Shown piece after piece: positions 1-14,999 of a stretch of 64,000 nucleotides of DNA. The notes beneath the pieces were generated by a model. That model made no database searches and was not told the DNA's origin. It saw only the letters and a program-made list of their open reading frames with translations. The position numbers were made by a program, and so were the translations under genes. The stretch is taken from contig NC_057758.1 of NCBI RefSeq assembly GCF_004010195.1, forward strand, positions 5,904,150 through 5,968,149, in the 5' to 3' direction. This DNA comes from Chiloscyllium plagiosum. Taxonomy: Eukaryota. How positions within the stretch are numbered: the first letter of the stretch is position 1; each line of letters begins with the position of its first letter.

Positions 1-300
1 GACATGCACGCGAATTCCTAGAAGCATGGCATTCCAGCCTGAATTATATTAACAAACACATTGATTTGGATCCCACTTACCACCAACTGCGAAAAAGAAC
101 CGGAAGTGACATCACCATATGAAATGACGCCACCACAGGACATAGCATCACCAACCCAAGGGAACTCAACATATAGATAGAAATCGAGCTACACCACCAG
201 TGCTTCGTCCGGAGGCTCACTGATGATGTTACCTCATATGGTGGTGAATCATCTGAAAATGAAACTTCCATCTCAGCCACCAAACCTACATCCACAGATC
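1..300 (+). mobile_element. Penelope-like element 3' end (C-terminus of the GIY-YIG ORF plus terminal repeat with decayed hammerhead core)
   Basis: Frame from nt 3 reads HAREFLEAWHSSLNYINKHIDLDPTYHQLRK, typical of the PLE ORF C-terminus. CTGATGATGTTACC at ~220 matches the terminal repeat seen at 54439. Confidence 0.7.
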
Positions 301-799
301 AATAATGATTAATTGTGAACAGTTAATTCGATAGGACAACGACCAAATGAATAAAGTGGAAGTGTATATAAGAAGCAGGCAGAATGCGAAAACAGCTTAT
401 TTTGACAGAAGGATGGCTGTGTGATACAACTGCATGTTACTGTGGGAATTGTCCTGCTTTGCCATTACACAGAGCCTCTTTTTACAATGGAATGTCCGGG
501 AATTTAGTTTGTGACTTGCTGATTGCTCACAATGAATTGTCACCTCCCATCTGTTGATAATGCGGCATTAAGCGATAGAAATATCATTAAACGCTTATGG
601 GTAGTGATTTGATTAAATTTTGTTCAGAGATGCAATTTACTCTGAAGATGGCATGGCACAAAAAAGCTTTTACCATTCTTTAGACCAAATCTCAAATATG
701 TGCGGGTCTTCCTGCATTTGGACATTGAGTCGTTCAGCAAAAATGTGCTAATAAAAAGCTCTGTGGTTCACCAGCGGTTCTGACTTCACTTGCGAAATG

Positions 800-1440
800 A
801 AACCACTCAGGCTTGGCTGATGCCCATAAATATTCCATTCTGTAATGACTCGAAAGATCAACACTGAATGATAAATTCCAAGGCGGAGTTGTGCTATCTT
901 TGCAAATATCTGCTACATAACATTTTATCCCAATTGACATTCGCCGGATCTTTTGATGTGGAGTTTGTGCGGTGCTCCCTCAATGCTGATCCCAGATACT
1001 GTGGAGCCACCACAGTATTGACTCTTTCTACAATGCGACATTCCCTCAGTACTGACCCTCCGACAGTGTAGTCCTCTTTGAGGAAATCCTGCCTGGATGG
1101 CGCTCGATGAGCACTGACTCTCCATGCGTGTGAGACTCCCTGAGCAATGACCATCCAAGAACATCCGCTCCGAAAGGACTGACCCGCCGACAATGCAGGG
1201 AGCCCTCAACACCAAGCCCCAGATTGAACATTCCCCTCCTGCGGTAACAGATTGAAGTGTGATGGTCCCTCAATAGCGACGCTATGACAATAAGTGCCTC
1301 ATCTTGTATGGAACACGCGATTCTTCCTCAGCACTGACGCACTGACAACATCCTTTAGCTTGTGTTTGACCATGTGGTGGTATCATTCTTCTTTAGGACT
1401 ATCTGCGGGAATGCAGTGATCCCTCAGTACTGACCGAGAT
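800..1440 (-). mobile_element. Decayed Deu-domain (SacSINE1-like) SINE with degenerate tandem copies of CCCTCAGTACTGACCCTCCGACAGTG
   Basis: Repeated ccctcagtactgacc / ctgacccgccgaca motifs at ~1043, ~1180, ~1326 and ~1421. Confidence 0.45.
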
Positions 1441-4400
1441 TATGAAACGTAGCTTTGTAATTAGCTTCGAGCACTTTATACACGACGTTTCTCATATTGG
1501 ACAGAATTTGAAAATGATTGCTCCTCAGAGATAAGTGTTAGGAGCCTAGCATTTTCTGATTTAAATAAACGATTTGGAGATGTGTGAGAGGGCAAAATTT
1601 CGAAATTTTGAAATGATAATGAGCAAAAGGCGAATCGTGAATTATGACTATGCAGCTGAGAGACATTGGTAAATTGTTCAAATAGGCAGAGACCTGGCGG
1701 ATTAATTTAAATGCAGAGAAATGTGAGGTAATGTACTTTGCTGGAAAAAAGATGGAGATACAAACATGCTCAAAGTTACAAATTTGAGGGCAGTACAGGA
1801 CCAGAGGGACCTCGCCTTTCGTGAACATCGTTCCATAAAGATGGCCCAGTAGTTTGGAACTGTTAGCATGACGGATTAAAATATCACTGCATTCCTTTTT
1901 CTCACTGTACGGATTTTTATTTTTTGTTTCTCTCGGAGCACATGGCGATTAGCTCAACCCTTATTTCTACCAGCTGATGAATGAGAAAGAAAACAGCAAC
2001 AATTTAACGAAAGGAGTTCGAGGTAGTCTTCAAGGTTAAGGCTGCTGACTGGCATGCTCAGGGGGTACTTCTGTTCCAATGATCCTGCAATGCAGTGAGG
2101 TAGAAATTCAGGACCAGAACTCAGAGTTTAATTCCCACCTTAGTCAGTAATGGTGAGTGACATTTGGTGACGGATCCACAAATAACTTGAGAAAGAAGAT
2201 GGTAACAAGGATTTATCATTTCTCTATTCACAACTGGCACAGTCAGTTGCCTGGCCCTTTAGCACGCTGAAGGTGGAGGCAATGCCCACCGTAGCTGAGT
2301 TATAATTAAACAATGAACCTTCTGTTTGTACATGTAGTACCCACTCTCGAAGTCCTGTGCCTCACATTCAAACTGGGTAGTGATCGGTGTTGGCTGGTAA
2401 TAACATTTATTTTGCTATTCATGTTATTGTAGGTCACAGAGGGCTTCAGTGCTGGTAGACACAAGCAACTAAGTATGACGGTAGGAGATGAGCATATACT
2501 GCAATGTGAAAAGAGAATGCAAAGAATGCTGGAAAAAAATATCTAAGCTGGTCTGGCAGCGTCCCAGGTGAAAGAGAAAAACGTCACATTTCTAGTTCCA
2601 TTTCGGAAGTAATTCTCACGAAAGACAGGTTAGCATGAAACGTGAATGCTGGTTTTTATCTCTCTTGATCTCTCTCCATAGATTCTCCCAGAGCTGCCCA
2701 GTTTCTCCATTGGCGTTTGCTTCACATTTCCAAAATATTTACCAAAAATATCCAGTCTTTAGTGTATTGGTATATGCAAGGAATTGATTAAAATGGAAGG
2801 GATGGAGAAAGAATGAGGCTGCTATTCCATAATGCTGGCCTACGTTAATAGGCTTTATTACATCTTCGTTTCATTAGCCCTTCTGTACCTCTGAAATCAG
2901 TCGCTACCGGAAAGCACTTCTAGACATGTCTGCTCCTCAGGATCTGGAGTTCCTGAACATGATGAGAGCTTTCGTAAGTGGATTTGCTCTCAGCAGTCAC
3001 ATTTCATGCTGAATTCCTCCTATCGTCGTTCCTGCTGTACTTCAAACCACACTTGACATGGCTCTGTGCTCTTGAGTTCAATATCTGAATATTTATCATT
3101 GACTAATCAAATTTCTTTTCTGTGTTTAATATGTGAGCAATAGCAGGATGTTTTGTTGTTTTCTGTTTCTGTCTATAAGATCGCAAGAGGCAGAGGGAGA
3201 ATGAGGCCATTCAGCCGATCGAGTGTTCTCCAACGTTGAAATAGGTGGTGTTTGATCTGATCATTCTTAACACTACTTCCTTTTCTTTACCCAAGATTCT
3301 TAGTCCCCGTATTAATTGAACACCGACTTAAATGAACCAGCTGCATTGTCTTCTGCGGTAATGAACACCGCACTCACCTCTAACTGAAGAAATCCATCCA
3401 CATCTCTCTCTCAAATGAATAACTTATTTACACGAAGATGATACCCTCTAACCCAAACTCCCCTCAAAGGGCAAACAACCTCTGCACTTTTACATTGCCA
3501 AGTCCATTAGGAATATTGTGCGTTTCAAGTCTAAACTCCAATGACACCAGGCTGAACACTATTCAACCTCATCTCATTTGACAGTCCCTCTCCACCTGGG
3601 ATCATCCCAAGTGAACCTTCTTTGTTCTGCCTCCATGCCAGTGTCTGGATGGCATGTACTTCATTGTTACGTGGCAGGGCTTTGGTCTCTACATAACGGG
3701 CGGCGGAGGAGAGTCAATTTGAAGGAGAGTGCCCCACACTCCTGCCACTCCGTGTAGCTTAGGTCACTATGACTGACTGTTTCAGAAGTAAAGTTATGTG
3801 CATCATTGAAGGGTGCATTCAAGAGGAAGAATGGACGGTTATGAGGGTTAACTATGCAGGCAGGACTGGGAGGGGAAGGCAGGAGAATGATTCAAGGGAA
3901 TCGAACTGGAATGCGGGCACAACTGGCCAATCCACCTCTATCTATGGCACAAGATTCTGTCATTCTAAATATAATTCTCTCTCTTATCCTATGTTTACCC
4001 TTAAACTGTGGCAATGACAACAGAAGCACCAGACTGAGAGTGTGTGCAGAGAATTAGGTTGATGCAACGGGAAGTGCATCAAACGCTCGTGAGATCCCAC
4101 TGGGGAAAGTGACCAGCAAGAAACTGCGCTTGCAGCGAAATGCAGTTTCTCCTCGATTGTGTCGCTGCCAATGAGATGCTCGAACTCAGTTTTCTGTATT
4201 GGTGTGAATTAAACTCCTTGGATTCATCGTAAATTCTGTTCTATTTTCATATCTCATGGAGAAACTCACATATTCACACAGCAACGGAAGATGCTCTTCA
4301 GCCCATCACGTCCTTATTCTGAAATGATGACCATCTGGTCAGATTCTCCCACAAGTGAAAACAACCTCTCTGCATGGACCTTATCAAGTCTCCTCAGAGT

Positions 4401-4814
4401 CTTGCATTTTTCAATAAGGATTCATCTCATTCACCTAACCGCTATTCAGCATAGGCCCAAACCAACTTAACCTTTCCACTTGTAGCTTTCAAGTCCCTCA
4501 GAATCTTTCATGTTTCAATAAAGTGCTGTCTTATTCTTAAAAACTCCAATGAGTTCAGGCCCAAATGCAACTCATCTTCGTAAGAGGAGACAGAGATCCA
4601 ATCTTGTGATCTGGTTGGCGCCCGTCATGAGGTCGGAAGTGCTGGTGTTCGCCAATTATTGTACGATGTTCAGCACCATCCCTGACTCCTCAGTTACTGA
4701 AGCAGTCCATATTCAACGCAAAACAATCTGGACAGTACACAGGCTTGAGCTGACAGGTGGCAAGAGAAAATCGCCGTGCACAAATGCCAGGAAATAAGCT
4801 CCTCCAATAAGAAA

Positions 4815-5040
4815 GAAAGTGAGGAATGCAGATACTGGAGATCAGAGTCAAGTAGTGTAATCATGGAAAAGCATAGCATATGAGGCCGCAAACGAAGAAC
4901 AGAAATGTCCGACGTTTCAGGCATAAGTCCTTCATCAGGAATGTCTCATTCAAGATCAAGATTTTTTCCTTGAACATTGACGCTCCTACTTCTCTGAAGC
5001 TGCTTGACCTGCTGTAATTTTCCAGTGCCACACTTCTGAT
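4815..5040. mobile_element. Penelope-derived fold-back mini-element with hammerhead core (- strand, 4911-4938), inserted in an L2-like fragment
   Basis: Minus strand reads CTGATGA-AGGACTTATGCCT-GAAACGTC. The left arm (gatactggagatcagagtc...ggaaaagc) is mirrored by gacctgctgtaattttccagtgccacacttctgatc. Confidence 0.65.
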
Positions 5041-8000
5041 CTTCAATCAGAGACAATGTAATCACTGCTCCTTGAAATTCAATGTTGAACTTCCAACATT
5101 ATTTGTTATTTTTGGTATTTTGTTGTAAGAAAGACATTCGTAATGAACTTTCAATTATATTTCCTTACTTGTCTTCTTTATATATAAGATGTTGTAATTA
5201 GATACCGCTGGATCTAAGATGGCGCTGGAAATTGTGACATTATACACTTCTCACTTTGCTTCTCTATGAACACGCTTGGCAACAAATTCCAATTATAAAT
5301 CGCGTATACTTTCTAATTCTAGTTTCCCCCAACTGCGTTTGGGGAAGTGAGCTCATCAGACTCACAATCCTCTGAAAGAAGCAGTAATTTCTCATCTCAG
5401 TTTTTAAACTACATCTATTGACTCTGTATCTTGGTTGAAACTAAACCACGAAAAAGGAATCATCTGTTCAATGTCCACTTTATCAGTTCCCTTTGTACTA
5501 AAAGTATCTCAAACAGATTACGACTCATTCTTCTGAACTCCATCATGAGGTTCTATTTCAAGCCCAAACTACTTACACTCCTTTAATTACAGCCTTCCCA
5601 AGTGTGGAAGCAACCTGGTGAGTCGCCTCTGAACTGTGTCCAGTGCCACTACATCTTTCCTCTAAAAAACTAACCGAACTTGGACACACAACTCCAACTG
5701 TGGTCTCAAGAAGTATTTATAATTGTAATGACAATTTTGTCTTTATATAAATCAGTCTGTTTGCAGTAAAAGCCAGGATTCAATTTTCCTTTCTTATTAT
5801 ATTCTGCATTATGTCACAGTGGTTCAGGAGGCCCGCAATTCAAGGACCCCAGGTACTTCTTAGGAATCACTAACTGAACGAAATTAAACAGGACGAGTCC
5901 ATGGAGGAGTTCGAAATCATATATAGTTATATGTCAGCGAGGGGCACCATGAAGGTGTGAAATAAGAAGTGACAAAGAAGGCATCCTATCGGGGCGAGGT
6001 GTGTAGGAGTTTCATACTTGGAGTAAACCATTAAAGAAGATGTTAAACTGCATAGACCCAATTTCAGAAAAGGTACAAACATGAGAGTGACACCTTTGCG
6101 TCTGGAAGGGTTTTGGATCATCACACAAGCATGATGGTACGACACATAGCCGCCAGTATCTGATATAGAATCAGGATAGACCTAAGAGACAGAATGAAGG
6201 TTCCTGCATAAGTTCCGACTCATAAAGTTGAATCTCTTGTTCCTCAGATCTACATGACCTGCTGCGCCTTTATCCAGCAACATGTTTTACAGATTTACAG
6301 ACAGAATCGCTTGATACTGCTTCAACGAAAGATTCTGTAGGTTGCTAATTGGGTATGACCTGAGCTTTAATGCAGTGCGATTCAAGCTTTCCTGCATCGT
6401 CATCAATGATGGTCTGTAAGAGTACCAGGAAGCCAAAGAGAGGAGGCAGTGTGTTTCTCAAACTCCACTCTGAACGCGTCGGAGTCTTAGTGACTGCTGT
6501 GGCGAGACAAACTATCCATATGTGAACAGAAAGAGATTTCTGCCATCGATAAATTGTCGTGTATGTAAGGGAATTGTTCTAACTAAACTGACAGCGAAAC
6601 CGAGAGGACGGACACTTCTGTTAAACATTCACCTCTGAAGAGGAACAGCCTTGCTTCTAGTCTCCATCCTGTCTGCCACTCTTCAGTGAGCTGCGGGAAC
6701 TGAGGTGGCCTTGGGCATTGTCCAACACGTCACTCTCTTTTGGTGGGGACTGTAGTCAAACTCTTTGATATTCAACGTCAAAATTTCTTCAAATTGGTTC
6801 TTCAAACAGTACAGTGTACATTGTGCAGCAGGTGCACAATGAGCAAAGACAAACAAATCCTTAAAAAAGCCATAAACATCTACTAGGTCTAGAGCTGCTT
6901 CAGCTCTTTGGAATTTTAGTTTTGGCTGGAGGAGCTCAATTTAAGTAAAGCAGTTCATTGCATTTTGGTAAGCCAAGTTAGGGCAGGAACTACATTGGTG
7001 GTGGGACATCTGGGGGTTGTTGTTGAACAGGGTCAGGGATACAGTTCCTTGAAAATTATGTTACTGATAGACGGGGTGGTGATGAAAGTGTTTGACACGC
7101 GTTCACTTTAACATGCAGAGCGTGGAATTAATCCCTTTTCTTTGTTAATGGTTAGTAAATGCGGATTGGCCGCTGACTTCATAAAAAGAGTACCCGTGAT
7201 CCAGTCAGCTCATTGTGACTTTGAGGAGCTCACAGAGAAAATGCAAAGAGCAATGTTTATTCTCCTGTGTTTTCTGATTCTGGCTGAGCCGATGATTGCT
7301 TCTGGTTCCGTGGTTGCGAGGCCTTTAAAACCAGGTGTGTGCTTATATCAATAGGCTTATGGAAGAGCAGGTAAAGGCCATTCATTTCTTCAAAACCTAC
7401 GCCCTTTCATATCGATGACTGTAACATGGATATGACGGGCAGATTAGTAACAAATTGGATTCTATCAAACCAGTGCGAGGGGATGCATTTGGGGAGGCCC
7501 ATCAAATCAAGATAACAGAGAAAGATTGTGAGGCCCCTGGGAAAGCACTGATGATCACAAGGAAACTGGTCTCCATATTCAGTGACTTCATAAGATATCC
7601 GGACAAGCAGATCAAGTCTTTAAGAAGGTTCATATGATAAATGCCTTTATTAGCTGCACTGCGACCTTCAAGAAACGTGATGCTGAAACAGCATAAATAA
7701 TTGCTCAGTCTGGAGTGATTAAATCGTGTGTGGTTCGAGAATATACATCATATAAAATTTGTAATTTTACTGAAGAGGGTGTCGAGCGGTTGTGGGGATT
7801 TGTCTGAATATTGCCTGGACTGGGTATTGGATCGCGTATTGACAGACTCGGCTTTTTTTCCTTTTAGAGAAGGAGATTTAGAAGGGACGTGATCGAGATG
7901 TGCAAATTTATGCGAGGCAGAGATAGGGTAGACAGGAAAAATGCTTTACTCCTTCATTGGTGGAACAATGAATAGGAAGCATAAGATATAGGTAACAGGC

Positions 8001-9085
8001 AGCAAGTTTAAAGGAGATGTGAGGAAAAAAGCTTTCATTCAGAGAGTGGAGGGGTCAGAAAATCACTGCGTCTACGTTTGGGAGAGATAAAACCCTCAGG
8101 ACATAAAGAAGGATTCAGATGTGCATTTGTGAAGCAAACTCATGTAACGAAAGTGGCCAAGTGCCGGAAAATTAGAGTTGAATAGTGATGCAGTTGGGAC
8201 GATGTGTTGGGCCAAAAGGCCTTTTCCTTTGCTGTTGATCTCTGGACATTACTAACACGGCAGTGGGAAAAGTATTTTACACAATTCGGAGAGAAATAAC
8301 AACCTGTCGCTTGGAAAGACACAGATTCACGGCCTGGGAGGCGTCGATTGTGGGGTGGTGATGGGGTTGTTGTAGGTGGGGTATGAAAGCTGCATTGTTT
8401 CGCTCAGAGACGATGGTGCCTAACTCCCGAAACCGACTATGTCAGGTCAGTTAGATAAGCTTTGAAAAGATGACATGCTGGATTTTTCTTATTGTGTTCT
8501 TCCCTGGACGAGGTTGTAGTCGAGAAAGTAAGGAATCAAAACTGAGTTCTGTTAAGATGTTGTTGTGGAATTCTGGTTAGTACATTACAGGGAGAGCATC
8601 ATTGGTCTAGAGAGAGTCCAGAAGAGATGCACACAAATTGAATTTCATTCTGAATGGGGAACTCTGGAAACTGCAACAATGCACACCGGGTCCTGGAATG
8701 TTGAGCTAGAATGGGAGACTTTATCTTTCGACCAGCACAGAGGTTTTGGGATGAAAGTTCTCTCTGCTTGTGCCGTTGCTTTACTGTAATCCAATTCTTC
8801 TCTTCTCCTTACCCCTGGGTAGCAGGACAAAGGAAATATTGCAAAGCGTTCTGATTTGCATGTATATCAGTGATAGAAGGCATCAGGATTGGTCGTCTCG
8901 ATGGCTGCATCAATAATGTCTCACTTTCTGTTGCCCAGGTTTGAACTCCTTTTGTGAAACGTACAACGCAGTGTGCAGAGAAAATCACTGTTGTCCAGGA
9001 GAAGTTCGCTTCACTGTGTTTTGCCCCAACGATTTCATTTGCTGTAAGAAGTAATGAGTGAGACATTGAGAATTGTCCCAAATTT

Positions 9086-9585
9086 NNNNNNNNNNNNNNN
9101 NNNNNNNNNNNNNNNNNNNNNNNNNNNNNNNNNNNNNNNNNNNNNNNNNNNNNNNNNNNNNNNNNNNNNNNNNNNNNNNNNNNNNNNNNNNNNNNNNNNN
9201 NNNNNNNNNNNNNNNNNNNNNNNNNNNNNNNNNNNNNNNNNNNNNNNNNNNNNNNNNNNNNNNNNNNNNNNNNNNNNNNNNNNNNNNNNNNNNNNNNNNN
9301 NNNNNNNNNNNNNNNNNNNNNNNNNNNNNNNNNNNNNNNNNNNNNNNNNNNNNNNNNNNNNNNNNNNNNNNNNNNNNNNNNNNNNNNNNNNNNNNNNNNN
9401 NNNNNNNNNNNNNNNNNNNNNNNNNNNNNNNNNNNNNNNNNNNNNNNNNNNNNNNNNNNNNNNNNNNNNNNNNNNNNNNNNNNNNNNNNNNNNNNNNNNN
9501 NNNNNNNNNNNNNNNNNNNNNNNNNNNNNNNNNNNNNNNNNNNNNNNNNNNNNNNNNNNNNNNNNNNNNNNNNNNNNNNNNNNNN
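9086..9585. other. Assembly gap (500 N)
   Basis: Run of N. Confidence 0.99.
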
Positions 9586-10414
9586 ACAGTGCACAGCAAG
9601 AGGATGGAGTTCATACCGGGAGCTGAAGTGGAGGGCTTTGATCTTCTTAATGTGTTTCACAGTGAGGCTGGCTCCTCAATACTGACTGCTCTTAGTTGCT
9701 TTTCCTTTTAATTATCATGAGAGATTAGAGTTATAGACACATCGAGTCCTACAGCACGGAGACAAGCCCTTTGGCCCAAACTGGTCCATGCCGACCAAAA
9801 TCTCCATCCACATTAACACCATTTCCCTGCACTTGGCCCATATCCTTCTAATTCTTTCCTATCCATGTGTTTGTCCAAATGCCTTTTAAATGTTGTTAAT
9901 GTACCTGCCTCAACCACTTCCACTGGCAGCTCATTCCATGTGCATACCACCTTCTGTGTAAAAAAAGTGTCCCTCAGGTTCCCTTTTATTCTTTCTCCTC
10001 TAACCTTAAACTAATGCCCTCTAGTCCTCGATTCCCCAACCTTGGGAAAAAGACCGATTGCATTCTCCTACCCATGCTTCTCATGATCTTATACAGTTCT
10101 AGAAGGTCACCCCCTCAGTCTCCTAAGCTTGAAAGAAAAAAGTCTTAGCTTGTCCAACATCTTCCTACAACTCAGACCATCGAGTCCAGGCAACATCCTT
10201 GTAAGTTTCTTTTGCACTCTTTCCAGTTTAATAACATCCTTCCTTTAGTAAGGTGACCAAAACTGAACACAATGCTTCAAATATAGCCTCAAAAACGTCC
10301 TGTGTAAATGCAACATAACTTCCCAACATCTATACTCAATGCCCTGACTGATGAAGGGTAGTGTGCCCAAAAGCCTTCTTCACTGCCCTGTGATTCCACT
10401 TTCAGAGAACTGTG

Positions 10415-10727
10415 GCTTAGTTGGGTGGCACAGTGGCTCAGTGGTGAGCACTGCTACCTCACAGTGCAAGGGACCTCGGTTCGATTCCCACCTTGGGTGA
10501 CTGTCTGTGTGGAGTTTACACATTCTCCCTCTGTGGGTTTCCTCCCACAGTCCAAAGATGTGTAGGTTAGGTGAATTGGCTATGCTAAATTGCCCATAGT
10601 GTTAGGTGCATTAGTCAGGTATAAATGTAGGGGGATAGGTCTGGCTGGGTTACTTTTTAGAGGGTCAGTGTAGACTAGTTGGGCCGAAGGGCCTGTTTCC
10701 ATACTGTAGAGAATCTAATCTAAAAAA
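10415..10727 (+). mobile_element. HE1-like tRNA-derived (V-)SINE, full length
   Basis: tRNA-like head with A box (TGGCTCAGTGG) and B box (GGTTCGATTCC), V-domain GGTTTCCTCCCACAGTCCAAAGA, TCTAA tail, 7-bp TSD AACTGTG at 10408-10414 and 10728-10734. Confidence 0.9.
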
Positions 10728-13700
10728 AACTGTGAACCCGAACTCCAAAATCTCTCTGTTCCATTACACTCCTTAAGGCCCTACCATTCACCATGAAATT
10801 CCTACCTTGATTTGACTTTCCAAAATGCAAGACCTCACCTTTATCTGTATTAGACTCCATTTGCCATTTCTCGGTCCACTTCCCCAGCTGATCAAGGTCC
10901 TGCTGCAATTTCTGATAACCTTCCTCACTGTCCACGATACCGCCTATTTTAGTGTCATCTGCAAACTTATTAATGATTCTCACCCAAATCATTGATATAG
11001 ATAATAAACAGTAATGGTCCCAGCACCGAGCCCTAAGGCACTCCACTACTCACAGGCCTCCAGTCTGACAAGCATCCTTCCACTATTACCCTCTGCTTCC
11101 TACCATCAAGCCAACTGTGTATCCAGTTTGCCAGCTCATCTCAGACTCCATACGATCTAACCTTCCAATGCAGTCTACCACATGGAAACTTATCAAAGGC
11201 CTCACTGAAATCCATGTAGACTACATCTACCACCCTACTCTCATCAAAATTCCTGGTCACTTCATAAAAGAACTCTAATAAATTTGTGAGGCATGATCTT
11301 CCACTCTCAAAGCCATGCTGACTACTCCTAATCAAACCCTATCTTTCCAAATGTATGTATATCTTATCCCTCAGAATCTTCTCAAGTAGCTTACCTACCA
11401 CAGATGTTAAGCTTACTGTCTATAGTTCCCAGACTTTTATTTTGCAGTCCTTCTTGAATGAGGGCACAACATTCACTACCCTCCAATCTTCCAGGATTTT
11501 ACCTGTGGTTAACGATGATGCAAAAATATCAACCATGCCCCCCTCAATTTCTTCTCTAGCCCTCTTGCAGTGTCATGGATATACCTGGTCAAGACCAGGA
11601 TATTTATCCAACTTCATGCATTCTAATACATCCAATACCTCCTCTATTGTGATATGGACTGTCCCCAAGATATTGCCACTAACTTCCCCAAGTTCCTAAG
11701 TCTTCATGTCTTTTTCCATGGTAAACACAGAGGAGAAATATTAATTGAGAACCTCGCCCATCTTCGATGGATCTACACATACATGTCCACTTTGGTCCTT
11801 GAGAGACCCTATTCTCTCTCTCATTATTCTTTTTCCTTTAATACACTTAAAGTACCTCTTTATCCATCTGATAGTCTCAGCCAAGGCCCCCTTTTCACCC
11901 TCCTGATTTCCTTCTTCACTAGACTCCTGTATTTCCTGTATGCCTCCAGGGATTCCCTTGATCTCAGCTGCCAGTAGCTGATCCATGCCTCCTTCTTTAT
12001 TCTGGTCAAAGCCTCAAACCCTGTCATCCAGGATTCCCTAATCCTGCTAACCTGTCCATTCACCCTCACAGGAGCATACAGACCTTGAACTCTAGCTATT
12101 TCACTTTTAAAGGCCTCCCACTTGCCCAAGGTCCCTTTACCTGCAAACAAACTATTCCAATCAACAAGCTCCTGTCTAATTCCAACAAAATTCACCTTGA
12201 CCTAATTTAGAACTTGAACTTATGACCAGTTTTGTCCCTCTCCATAACTATTTTAAAATTAATAGAATGATGGTCCTCTTGCAGGGTGTGGGAGTTAAGG
12301 GTCACCACGGGTGTCCTTGCTGTTTTCACCTGTAAGAAGTGCACCCAACACCAGTTCCTCACAGACCACGTTAGGGAACTGGAGCTGGAGCTGAAGAATT
12401 TCGGATCACTCGGGAGTGATAGGAGATTCAATTGTTACAGGAACAGATTGGAGATTTTGTGGTCTTGAGCGAGACCCCCGCATGGTATGGTGCCTCCCAG
12501 GTGCCAGGGTCAGGGATGTCTCTGATCAAGTCTACAGGATTGTTAAGGGGGAGGGAGAACAGTTAGAAGTCGTTGTACACATCAGTACCAATGACATAGG
12601 TAGGGAAAGGGATGAGGATCTGAAAAGAGAATATAGGTCATTAGGTTGGAAGCTAGAAGGCAGGACAAGCAGACTAGTAATCTTAGGATTGCTACCGGTA
12701 CCACATGCTAGTGAGGCTAGGTACAGACAGCGAGTGCAGATGAGCATGTTGCTGCAGAGCTGGTGTGGAAGGGAGGGCTTCATTTATGAGGATCATTGGG
12801 ATACCTTCTGGGGAAGGTGGGACCTGTACCATTGGTGCCCCACCACCTGAACTGGAGGGGCACAAATATCCTGGCAGGAGGTTTGTTAGAGCTCTTCAGA
12901 AGGGTTTAAACTAGATTGGCAGGGGGGTCAGAAACTAGGCTATGGATCAGATGATGGAGTAGTTAGCGAACATCCAGATACAGCATATAGAGAGTCTGTG
13001 AGGAGGGAGAGACAGTTGATGGGACAAGGTGCAGTAAGTGTGATGGGTTGAATTGTGTCTATTTTAATTCAAGAAGTGTCAGGAATAAGAGTGACAAACT
13101 CAGAGCATGGATCAGTACTTGGGGCTATAATGTTGTGTCCATTACAAAGACTTGGATATCACAGTGGCAGGAATGGTTGTTGGATGTATCAGGGTTTAAA
13201 TGTTTCAAAAGGAAGAGGGGTGGAGGTCAAAGTGATGGAGGAGTGACATTGTTAATCAGGGATAGTATCACAGCTGCAGAAAGGGAGATCGTCAAGGAAG
13301 GTTTGTCTACAGAGTCAGTATGGGTGGAATTCAGGAACAGGAAAGTTGCAGTCACTTTACTGAGAGTTTTCTACAGACCCCCCAAAGCAACCACGACATG
13401 GAGGAGAAGATTGGGAGGCAGATTTGGAAAAGGTGCACAAGTCACAGGGTTATTGTCATGGGTACCTTTAACTTCCCTCATACTGACTGGAACATCCTTA
13501 GTTCAAACAGTTTGGATGGAGCAGTTTTTGTCAAGTGTGTCCAGGAAGTGTTCCTGATGCAATATGCTGATAGGAGGGGAGGCCATTTTGGATTTGGTGC
13601 TTGCAATGAACCATGTTAGGTATCAGATCTCTCTGTGGGACAGCATTTTGGTGATAGTGATCACAACTCACTGACCTTGACTGTAGTCATGGAGAGGAAT

Positions 13701-14999
13701 AGGAACAGATGATATAGGAAAGTGTTTAATTGAGGAAAGGGAATTAGAATGCTATTAGGCAGGAACTGGGGACGCTAAATTGGGAATAGATATTCTCAGG
13801 GAAATTCATGACAGAAATGTGGGGGCTGTTTAGGAAGCACTTGTTGATACTGCTGGAGAGGTTTGTCCTGCTGAGGCAAGGAAGGGCTGGGAGGTTGAAG
13901 GAACCATGGATGAAAATGGATGTGGAACATATAATCAAGAGGAAGAAGAAAGCTTACTTAAGGCTGAGGAGACAAGGAGCGGACAAGGCTTTAGAGGGTT
14001 ACAAGGTAGTCAGGAAGAAACTGAAGAATGGAATTAGGAGAGCTGGAATGGGGCAGGAAAGAGCTTTAGTGGGTAGGATTAAGGAAAACCCTAAGGTGCT
14101 CTACACTTACATGAGGAACAAGAGGATGGCCAGAGTGAAGGTAGGGATGACCAGGGATAGTGGAGGGAACTTGCACCTGGAGTCAAAGGATGTAGGGGAG
14201 GTCCTTAATGAATACTTTGCTCCAGTATTCATTACTGAGAGGGACCTTGTCGTTTCTGAGGACAGCGTGAAACAGACTAAAATACTAGAACTGGTTGATG
14301 TTAGGAAGGAGGATGTACTGAAAAGTTTGAAAAACATAAGGATAGACAAATTCCCTGGGCCAGACAGGAGATAATCTAGGTTACTACGGGAAGTGAAGGT
14401 AGAGATTGCTGCACCTTTGGCGATGATCTTTGCATCCTCACTGTCCACTGGAGTCATGCCAGATGTTTGGAGGGTGGCAAATGTTATTCCACTCTTCAAG
14501 AAAGGTAATAGGGATAATCCTAGGAATTACAGACCAGTCAGTCTTACGTCAGTAGTGGGCAAAGTATTGGGGAGGCTTCTGAGAGACAGGATTTATGATT
14601 ACTTGGAAAAGCATAGTTTGATTAGAGATAGTCAGCATAGCTTTGTAAGGAGCAGGTCATGCCTCACAAACCCTATTGAATTCTTTGAGGGCGCAACAAA
14701 ACACATTGATGAAGATAGAGCAGTGGATGTGGTGTACATGGATGTTAGCAAGGTATTTGATTAGGTTCCCCATGATAGGCTCATTCAAAATGTAAGGAGG
14801 TAGGGATATAGGGAAATCTGGCTGTCTGGATACAAAATTGGCTCACCCATAGAAGACAGAGGGTGATAGTAGATGGAAAATATTCAGCCTGGAGCTCGGT
14901 GACTGGTGGTGTTACACAGGGATCTATTCTGGGGCCTCTGCTCTTTGTGATTTTGATAAGTACTTGGATTAGAAAGTGGAAGGGTGTGTTATAAAGTTT

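Noticed and set aside
8809-9711. Long ORFs here and at 37122-37818, 60431-61013 and 63188-63865
   Set aside because: Artefacts of translating N gaps.
10423-10495. tRNA gene
   Set aside because: It is the tRNA-derived head of an HE1 SINE, continuous with the SINE body and tail.
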